Part shown: positions 57,768 through 64,000 of the stretch, piece by piece
How positions within the stretch are numbered: position 1 is the first letter of the stretch
Layout: the number at the start of each line of letters is the position of its first letter
Source: an uncultured Bacteroidales bacterium
GTDB lineage: Bacteria; Bacillota_I; Bacilli_A; ML615J-28; CAG-698
Reading direction: 5' to 3'
Assembly: GCA_964516425.1 (NCBI GenBank)
Contig: CAZFAM010000003.1
Span: 11,215 to 75,214 of the forward strand
DNA length: 64,000 nt
Notes under the pieces: model-generated
What the model was told of the DNA's origin: nothing
The model's database searches: none
The model's input: the letters and a program-made list of their open reading frames with translations, nothing else
Position numbers and translations under genes: made by a program

Positions 57768-58712
57768 ATGAAAGAATACATAAATAATCAACATCGATAC
57801 TACACATTAGATTATTATTATCGTCATAAATATAATAGTAAGGTATATAAAATTGCTTTAAATGGCAGTTTTTCTTGTCCAAATAGAGATGGTACGATTT
57901 CACATAACGGTTGTATCTTTTGCTCCGAAAAAGGAAGCGGTGATTTTGCGGGGGATAAAAATAAATCACTCAAAGAACAATGGAAAGACATTAAGTCTAT
58001 TATGGAAAAAAAATGGAATGATGCTAAATACATTGCCTATTTCCAAGCAAATACAAATACATATGGTCCAATTGAAAAAATTAAAAAATTATTTAATGAG
58101 GCAATCACTTTAGATAAAAATATTGTTGCCATTGATATTGCCACAAGGCCTGACTGCATAAGTGATCAAACTTTACAGTATCTATCAGAATTAAATAACA
58201 AAATAAATGTAGTTGTAGAATTAGGTCTACAAACGATTCATTCTTCTACTGCTCATTTAATTAACAGAGGTTATGAATTAGAGCAATTTAATAAATGTGT
58301 CAAAAAACTAAGAAAAAACAATATCGAAGTTATTGTCCATATCATAAATGGATTACCATTTGAAACAAAGGAAATGATGTTAGAAACAATTGCATATTTA
58401 AACCAATGTGATATCCAAGGTATAAAAATACATTCTTTATTTGTATTAAAAAATACACAGCTATCTACTATGTATAATAATAATGATTTTAAAATGTTAG
58501 AATTAAATGAATATGTTGATATCGTAACTGAACAACTAGCTCTATTAAGAGATGATATTGTTGTTCATAGAATAAATGGTGATGCACCAAAAGATTTATT
58601 AATTGCTCCCATGTGGAGTTTAAAAAAGTTTGTGGTAATGAATGAAATAGATAAAGAAATGAAGAACAGAAATTATTTTCAAGGATGTAAAAATAAAAGG
58701 AGGCTAACCTAA
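57768..58712 (+). CDS. ytqA: TIGR01212-family radical SAM protein (YtqA-like)
   Basis: FSCPNRDGT..GCIFCS cluster motif. 314 aa. Confidence 0.85.
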   Translation: MKEYINNQHRYYTLDYYYRHKYNSKVYKIALNGSFSCPNRDGTISHNGCIFCSEKGSGDFAGDKNKSLKEQWKDIKSIMEKKWNDAKYIAYFQANTNTYGPIEKIKKLFNEAITLDKNIVAIDIATRPDCISDQTLQYLSELNNKINVVVELGLQTIHSSTAHLINRGYELEQFNKCVKKLRKNNIEVIVHIINGLPFETKEMMLETIAYLNQCDIQGIKIHSLFVLKNTQLSTMYNNNDFKMLELNEYVDIVTEQLALLRDDIVVHRINGDAPKDLLIAPMWSLKKFVVMNEIDKEMKNRNYFQGCKNKRRLT

Positions 58713-58730
58713 TTAGGCAAGCCTCTTTTG
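58696..58730. terminator. bidirectional terminator between convergent ytqA and metK
   Basis: GAGGCT..CCTAATTAGG..AGCCTC hairpin flanked by A-runs and T-runs. It overlaps the ytqA stop. Confidence 0.6.
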
Positions 58731-58732
58731 TG

Positions 58733-59881
58733 TTATAAGTATTTCTTTAATTCATCAACTTTATCTAATTGTTCCCAAGGTAAATTTTCTTTTCCAAAAT
58801 GTCCATAATTTGTGGTTAAGGAATAAATAGGTCGACGCAAATTTAAATGTTGAATTATGCCTTTTGGTGTAAGTGGGAATACTTCTCTTACAGCCTTAAC
58901 AATTTCCTCATCACACACTTTGGCAGTACCATATGTTGTTACCATAATTGATGTCGGTTCAGCGACACCAATAGCATAACTTAAACCAATTTCTATTTTA
59001 TCCGCAAAACCAGCAGCAACTAAATTTTTTGCAATATATCTAGCCATGTAAGCAGCACTACGATCAACTTTTGATGGATCTTTGCCTGAAAAAGCACCAC
59101 CACCATGTCTAGCAAATCCGCCATATGTATCAACAATTATTTTTCTTCCTGTTAATCCACTATCACCTTTTGGACCACCAATAACAAATCGGCCAGTTGG
59201 ATTAATATAATATTTTGTAGTTTCATCTAATAAATTAGCTGGTAAAACTGCTTTAATTACTTTATTTAATACAAAATCTCTAACTTCTTCAATAGTTACA
59301 TCATCACTATGTTGCGTAGAAACAACAACACTATCAATTCTCTTAATAACTTTATTTTCATCATACTCAACTGTAACTTGTGCTTTACCATCTGGTCTTA
59401 AAAAATCAACCACCTTTTCTTTACGGCATTCAGAAAGTCTTTTAGTTAATAAATGAGCATACATAACTGGAGCTGGCATAAATTCTTTTGTTTCATTGCA
59501 TGCAAAACCAAACATCATTCCTTGATCTCCTGCACCATCATCATCTCTAACTCCCATCGCAATATCAGGTGATTGTTTATCAAGTGCCACTAAAACTGCT
59601 AAGTTTTCAGCATCAAATCCTAATTTCCCTCTATTGTACCCAATTTCATCTACTGTATCGCGAACAATTTTTTGAATATCAATTGTTGCAGTTGAAGTTA
59701 CTTCCCCCATAACTAATACAAGTCCTGTTGTTGCACATACTTCACATGCCACATGTGAGTTTTTATCTTGTTCTAAATAAGCATCTAAGATTGAATCTGC
59801 TATCTTGTCGCAAACTTTATCTGGATGACCTTCGGTTACAGATTCAGATGTAAATAATATTTTGTTAATTTGTTCTTTCAT
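58733..59881 (-). CDS. metK: S-adenosylmethionine synthase
   Basis: [23 protein letters not shown] and [16 protein letters not shown] motifs. Confidence 0.97.
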   Translation of the reverse strand: MKEQINKILFTSESVTEGHPDKVCDKIADSILDAYLEQDKNSHVACEVCATTGLVLVMGEVTSTATIDIQKIVRDTVDEIGYNRGKLGFDAENLAVLVALDKQSPDIAMGVRDDDGAGDQGMMFGFACNETKEFMPAPVMYAHLLTKRLSECRKEKVVDFLRPDGKAQVTVEYDENKVIKRIDSVVVSTQHSDDVTIEEVRDFVLNKVIKAVLPANLLDETTKYYINPTGRFVIGGPKGDSGLTGRKIIVDTYGGFARHGGGAFSGKDPSKVDRSAAYMARYIAKNLVAAGFADKIEIGLSYAIGVAEPTSIMVTTYGTAKVCDEEIVKAVREVFPLTPKGIIQHLNLRRPIYSLTTNYGHFGKENLPWEQLDKVDELKKYL

Positions 59882-59898
59882 TTTCTTTCCTCCTCATA

Positions 59899-60030
59899 TA
59901 AAAAATCCCGTCAAAAAGACAGGATTAATTTTTCATTATTATCCCATCATACAAGTTTTAGCACCGTTCTATAAAATAGTGGTTGCTGAAGGGTCATCGA
60001 GCTTGTCTCTCGCCTTCTCTTTATGGTATA
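59899..60030 (-). promoter_or_regulatory. SAM-I riboswitch (S-box leader) with terminator and antiterminator, controlling metK
   Basis: The minus-strand RNA reads ..AAGAGAAGGCGAGAGACAAGCUCGAUGACCCUUCAGCAACC....GGUGCUAAAAC.., which matches the S-box core. The terminator is AAUCCUGUC-UUUUU-GACGGGAUU plus U6 (59899-59926). The P1 3' strand GAUGGGAU mimics the terminator 3' arm. Confidence 0.85.
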
Positions 60031-60033
60031 TAT

Positions 60034-60062
60034 ATTATATCATACTTTGCTTAAATTGGCAA
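60034..60062 (-). promoter_or_regulatory. sigma-A promoter of the metK leader
   Basis: On the minus strand, TTGCCA (60062-60057), 17 nt, TGaTATAAT with an extended -10 (TATAAT at 60039-60034). Confidence 0.5.
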
Positions 60063-60070
60063 TAGTTTTT

Positions 60071-61741
60071 TTATTTTCTTTTTCGTCCAACTCCGCCTCT
60101 TCTTTTACCAGTTCCTTTTTTCTCTTTCGGATGTGATTCTTCCACAATAACTTTTTTATTAAATTTCTTATCTTTACGATTAAATGTTTGCATAATTAAA
60201 TTTTCATACTTTTTTGGAACTTCAAAAAAAGAAAATTCATCGTGCAAATCAACCTTATCAAAAATTTTATTTGATAAACCTGTTTTAGAAACTAAATAAT
60301 CAGTCAAATTAAATACCTTTAATTTATCTTTTCTTCCTAAATTAATAAAGAAACGTGTAATATCTTTTTTTCCACTGCTATTAGTTCTTTGAAGTTCTAT
60401 ATTATTACTTTGCAATACAATTTCATTATCATTATTGATATTCATTTGTAATAAAATCAAACCAGCAATTATTTCTTCTGCAGAAATATTTTTAGAAGCT
60501 AATTCAACAATAGCATTTTTAACAAGTTTAAAATATTTACTATTTTCTTGATTTTTCGCCTCTAATTCCGCTCCTAATATTATTCTATTAATTCTAGATT
60601 TAATAACACTATTCAAATCAGGAATCTCCAAAGGCAAAATTTCAGCATTTGTATAATTAATGATATTTCGTAATTGTCGTACTTCTTGTTTTTCAACTAA
60701 AGATATAGATAATCCAAGTTTTTTTGCACGTCCTGTTCTCCCAACTCTATGAACATAATATTCTTCATCTTGAGGCAAATCATAATTAAACACAACATCT
60801 ACATCTTCAATATCAAGCCCTCTTGCAGCAACATCTGAAGCAACTAAAATATTAATTTGACGATTTTTAAAGCGACTGATTACTCTTTCGCGTTGAACTT
60901 GCTTCATATCACCATGCATTCCTTCAACCACAAAACCTCTTTGCAATAGTCCACTTGTCACTTCATCAACGGCTTTCTTTGTATTACAAAAAATCATTAC
61001 CAATTGAAAATTATTAATATCTATTAATCTTGATAACACTTCTACTTTATCTTGTTCTCTAACAACTATATACTTTTGGGTAACATTTTTAACAGTTAGA
61101 CCACCATGATTAACACTAATACTTATTGGATTAAGTAAATAATCATTTGTGATTTTTCTTATTTCATCAGAAAATGTTGCAGAAAAAAGCATAGTTTGAT
61201 GATTTAAAGAATGAATATTATCTAAAATTAAATTTATATCTTCTCTAAATCCCATATTTAGCATTTCGTCTGCTTCATCTAAAACGACCGTTGAAACATC
61301 ATTTAATCGAACTATATGACGACGCATATGATCCATTAAACGTCCAGGTGTAGCAACAATTACTTGTGGTCTTTTTTTCAAAGCATTAATTTGTATATTA
61401 ATTTCTTCTCCACCATATAAAGTAACAATTCTAATTCCTTCTTTATAAAAACTATATTCACGTAAATCTTCGGTAATTTGTAATGCAAGTTCTCTTGTTG
61501 GAGAAAGAATTAGTGCTTGTACATTATTATTATTTATATTTATTTTTTGCAAAACTGGAATCCCAAAAGCACATGTCTTCCCAGTACCAGTTGGAGCTTG
61601 AGCAATTAAGTCATTATTTTTTAAAGCTTCTGGAATTACCAGTGATTGAATTTCTGTTAGTTCTTCATATCCACATCTATTTAATGCTCTTTTAAATGCA
61701 TTATCAATTTGTAATTGTTCAAAATTAATATTTTCGTTCAT
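60071..61741 (-). CDS. cshA: DEAD-box ATP-dependent RNA helicase (CshA/DbpA-like) with a C-terminal RNA-binding domain and basic tail
   Basis: AQAPTGTGKT, VLDEADEM, SAT and HRVGRTGRA motifs. C-terminal DbpA-like domain and a KRRGGVGRKRK tail. Confidence 0.92.
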   Translation of the reverse strand: MNENINFEQLQIDNAFKRALNRCGYEELTEIQSLVIPEALKNNDLIAQAPTGTGKTCAFGIPVLQKININNNNVQALILSPTRELALQITEDLREYSFYKEGIRIVTLYGGEEINIQINALKKRPQVIVATPGRLMDHMRRHIVRLNDVSTVVLDEADEMLNMGFREDINLILDNIHSLNHQTMLFSATFSDEIRKITNDYLLNPISISVNHGGLTVKNVTQKYIVVREQDKVEVLSRLIDINNFQLVMIFCNTKKAVDEVTSGLLQRGFVVEGMHGDMKQVQRERVISRFKNRQINILVASDVAARGLDIEDVDVVFNYDLPQDEEYYVHRVGRTGRAKKLGLSISLVEKQEVRQLRNIINYTNAEILPLEIPDLNSVIKSRINRIILGAELEAKNQENSKYFKLVKNAIVELASKNISAEEIIAGLILLQMNINNDNEIVLQSNNIELQRTNSSGKKDITRFFINLGRKDKLKVFNLTDYLVSKTGLSNKIFDKVDLHDEFSFFEVPKKYENLIMQTFNRKDKKFNKKVIVEESHPKEKKGTGKRRGGVGRKRK

Positions 61742-61751
61742 CTATACTCCT

Positions 61752-61782
61752 CAAATCAAAAGTATCTCCGTAGAGATACTTT
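61752..61782 (-). terminator. hairpin after gltX, directly abutting the cshA RBS
   Basis: Perfect 10-bp stem AAAGUAUCUC-UACG-GAGAUACUUU followed by UGAUUUGA. The GAGGAG of cshA lies immediately after it. Confidence 0.6.
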
Positions 61783-61787
61783 ATTTA

Positions 61788-63224
61788 TTATTTTATCCAA
61801 GAAATAGCTTTTTTAATTCTATCTATTGTTTCTTCTTTCCCTAAGATATCAGCAAGTTCTACACTGCCACCTGGCGTTACACTAACACCACTTAAAGCTA
61901 TTCTTAAAACTGTATATACTTGTCCACTCTTTGCTTCTAATTTTTCAGCACATTTAATAATTACTTCATGTAATTTATCTTCACACCAATTATTTAGTGA
62001 CTCTAATTCAGGCAAAGCAACTTCTAAAACATGTTTTGCAACATCTTTATTAATTTTAAATTTTTTATTATCATATAAACCTAAATCAAATTCATGAAAA
62101 TCAGCTAAGAAATCAACTTTTTCAGGTATTTCAGAAAAAATCTCAATTCTTGATTGCAATAATTTACCTAATTTTTCATAAGAATATAATCCTTTAATTT
62201 TAGACTGTTCAAAGAATGGTGTTGCAAGTTGCATAAATCTATCAAAATCTAGTTCTTTTATATATTCTCCATTCAACCATTTCATTTTAGCTTCATCAAA
62301 AATAGAACTCGACTTACTTAATCCACTTATTGAAAACTTTTCAATAAGTTCTTCCATTGTGAATTTTTCTTGCTCGCCTTTTGGACTCCAGCCAAGTAAT
62401 GCAATATAATTAACAATTGCTTCTGGTAAAAATCCCCTTTTCACAAAATCATCAAAATTGGCATCACCATATCTTTTACTCAATTTACGTGTTGCATCTT
62501 TCATTATAGGCGTTAAATGAACATAATGAGGTCTTTCCCAACCAAAGGCATCATATAATAAATTATATTTTGGTGTACTACTCAAATACTCATTACCACG
62601 CATAACGTAAGTAATATGCATTAAATGATCGTCAACAACATTTGCAAAGTTATATGTTGGTAAACCATCAGATTTGATTAAAATTTGGTCTTCTAATTCA
62701 TTATTAGGAACTGTAACCTTACCATAAACTAAATCTTCAAATTCAGAAACACCTTCAGTTGGCATATTTTGTCTAATAACCCATTTATCACCACGATCAA
62801 GTCTTTTCTCAACTTCTTCTTTTGACAAATGCAAACAATGTTTATCATATCTTTTGATACCATTTTCAGTAGTTAAAGAATCTAATCTTTCCTTATCGCA
62901 GAAACAATAATAAGCAGCTTTCTTTTCGACAAGTTCTAATGCATACTTCATATAAATATCTTTTCTTTCTGTTTGGACATAAGGGCCATACGGACCACCT
63001 TCATTAGGTCCTTCATCAATTTTCATATTTGCTTCTTTTAAAGTACTGTATATAATATCAACAGCCCCTTCCACATATCTTTCCAAATCAGTATCTTCTA
63101 TTCTTAAAATAAAATCGCCATTATTTTGTCTGGCAAATAAATAACAATAAAGAGCTGTTCTTAAACCACCAACATGTAAAAATCCTGTTGGACTTGGTGC
63201 AAATCTTGTTCTTACTCTTTCCAT
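61788..63224 (-). CDS. gltX: glutamate--tRNA ligase
   Basis: Start at MERVRTRFAPSPTGFLHVGG (HIGH region, AGGAG RBS). KLSKR (KMSKS). The upstream 44 codons of the track ORF look non-coding. Confidence 0.95.
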   Translation of the reverse strand: MERVRTRFAPSPTGFLHVGGLRTALYCYLFARQNNGDFILRIEDTDLERYVEGAVDIIYSTLKEANMKIDEGPNEGGPYGPYVQTERKDIYMKYALELVEKKAAYYCFCDKERLDSLTTENGIKRYDKHCLHLSKEEVEKRLDRGDKWVIRQNMPTEGVSEFEDLVYGKVTVPNNELEDQILIKSDGLPTYNFANVVDDHLMHITYVMRGNEYLSSTPKYNLLYDAFGWERPHYVHLTPIMKDATRKLSKRYGDANFDDFVKRGFLPEAIVNYIALLGWSPKGEQEKFTMEELIEKFSISGLSKSSSIFDEAKMKWLNGEYIKELDFDRFMQLATPFFEQSKIKGLYSYEKLGKLLQSRIEIFSEIPEKVDFLADFHEFDLGLYDNKKFKINKDVAKHVLEVALPELESLNNWCEDKLHEVIIKCAEKLEAKSGQVYTVLRIALSGVSVTPGGSVELADILGKEETIDRIKKAISWIK

Positions 63225-63315
63225 TTGTATCTCCTCACTTTTTATATAATCTATTATAGCACAATTTTCATTATTTTCAAAGACATTATAAACAATATTA
63301 TTTGAAAATATTTTC

Positions 63316-63348
63316 ATTAATAAAAGAGAGTTCTTATACGACTCTCTT
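63316..63348 (-). terminator. hairpin overlapping the stop codon of the ABC gene
   Basis: 8-bp stem AAGAGAGU/ACUCUCUU with the stop codon in the loop, followed by UUUAUU. Confidence 0.45.
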
Positions 63349-64000
63349 ATTTTCAATACTAGACATCATTTTTGCAAAAGATGAATGCTTGTCAGCAAGC
63401 AATTCTTCTGTTTTACCATATTCAACAACTTTACCATTTGAAATGACAAGAATCTTATCACATTTTGACAAATTATGAATACGATTAGAAATTATTATTG
63501 TAATCTTATTTTTCAATTTATAAACTTCTGACATAATATCATGTTCAACAGTCGCATCCAACTTTGATGTTGCATCATCTAAAATCAAAATTGGTGAATC
63601 TTTATAAAAAGCATTTGCTAAAGCGACCTTTTGAATATCAGAATTTGTAAAATCGGCTTTACGAGCATTTGTTTCATCACGATCTACTAAACTAAAAATT
63701 TTATCTTTTAAATGACACTTATTTAAAGCATCATTATATTTATATTCATCTAACGATAAAGGATAAATAATATTTTCTTCAATAGTTGTATCTAGAAGTT
63801 CATAATTTTGTGGAACATAAGTAACAATATCACGTAAATAATAAGTATTTAATTTATTAATATCACAATTATTAATTAACACATTACCTTGTCGAGGACG
63901 GATTACTTTAGTAATTAAATCCGCGATTGATGTTTTACCGCTACCAGGTAGGCCAATAATTCCTAATTTTTCACCTTTTTTTACTTCAAATTCAATTTTT
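63334..64000 (-). CDS. ABC exporter subunit; only the C-terminal nucleotide-binding domain is visible (5' end beyond the window) and it has degenerate catalytic motifs
   Basis: The frame is open to the window edge. The Walker A motif GLPGSGKTS is encoded at about 63940-63966. The signature reads FTNSD, Walker B reads ILILDD, and the H-loop reads SNR. Confidence 0.85.
   Translation of the reverse strand, partial: KIEFEVKKGEKLGIIGLPGSGKTSIADLITKVIRPRQGNVLINNCDINKLNTYYLRDIVTYVPQNYELLDTTIEENIIYPLSLDEYKYNDALNKCHLKDKIFSLVDRDETNARKADFTNSDIQKVALANAFYKDSPILILDDATSKLDATVEHDIMSEVYKLKNKITIIISNRIHNLSKCDKILVISNGKVVEYGKTEELLADKHSSFAKMMSSIENKRVV

Noticed and set aside
63225-63356. N-terminal extensions of track ORFs: gltX, sepF (47209-47265), MATE (56158-56211), GDPD (3826-3855), M32 (19617-19628), pepT (15713-15742), ARH (28875-28898), the Ig-repeat protein (14514-14531) and the small membrane protein (33925-33957).
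   Set aside because: In each case an internal start with a well-spaced Shine-Dalgarno sequence and a family-typical N-terminus exists. The extension contains the RBS, a promoter or a terminator hairpin.
1-64000. Mobile elements, prophage, defence islands, tRNA/rRNA genes, and alternative genetic code (Mollicutes-like code 4).
   Set aside because: I recognised no integrase, transposase, recombinase, phage structural or restriction/defence motifs. No tRNA-like T-arm/acceptor patterns were spotted. Long ORFs are intact under code 11 and Trp is encoded by TGG, so there is no evidence of code 4.

Overview
This 64 kb window is a very AT-rich Firmicutes-type chromosomal segment, roughly 27-30% GC by eye. 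It uses the standard bacterial code, because long ORFs run through TGA-free frames. Spore-former marker genes are present (ytfI, ytfJ, pdaA). Bacillus-like synteny is also visible (ytxK-ackA; ylmE-sepF-ylmG-ylmH-ileS). I call about 58 protein genes, about 50 of them on the minus strand. They are tightly packed, often with TAATG or ATGA start/stop overlaps. Most of the content is housekeeping:
- Aminoacyl-tRNA synthetases: ileS, argS, gltX.
- Central and nucleoside metabolism: metK, ackA, deoC/deoD, a DAHP synthase, an Fe-alcohol dehydrogenase.
- Transport: TrkAH potassium uptake, a MATE exporter, an AGCS symporter, and an ArsR-regulated heavy-metal P-type ATPase.
- Peptidases and RNA enzymes: pepT, an M32 carboxypeptidase, an M16 peptidase pair, a DEAD-box helicase, rlmD.

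The accessory-looking content is mainly secreted or surface proteins:
- Three paralogous phosphodiester-glycosidase (NAGPA/DUF2233-like) proteins.
- A Big_2 plus GDPD lipoprotein.
- An Ig-repeat protein.
- A GLUG-repeat lipoprotein.

There is also an operon pairing an EAL/PAS c-di-GMP phosphodiesterase with an ADP-ribosylglycohydrolase. I recognised no rRNA, tRNA, CRISPR array, transposase, integrase or phage genes.

RNA and regulatory calls are a SAM-I riboswitch ahead of metK, a perfect 20-bp palindromic operator ahead of the ArsR/ATPase operon, and many intrinsic terminators. There is also a promoter-to-terminator unit of about 210 nt with no annotated gene between the ATPase and argS, which I treat as a candidate structured sRNA.

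I did not find a convincing self-contained novel multi-gene system such as a defence or toxin cassette. The best leads are the unclassified sRNA candidate, the phosphodiester-cleaving exoenzyme family, the EAL-ARH operon, an uncharacterised gene translationally coupled between ileS and deoC, and a heavily degenerate ABC ATPase domain at the right edge. All family assignments come from motif recognition by eye. No database search was run.
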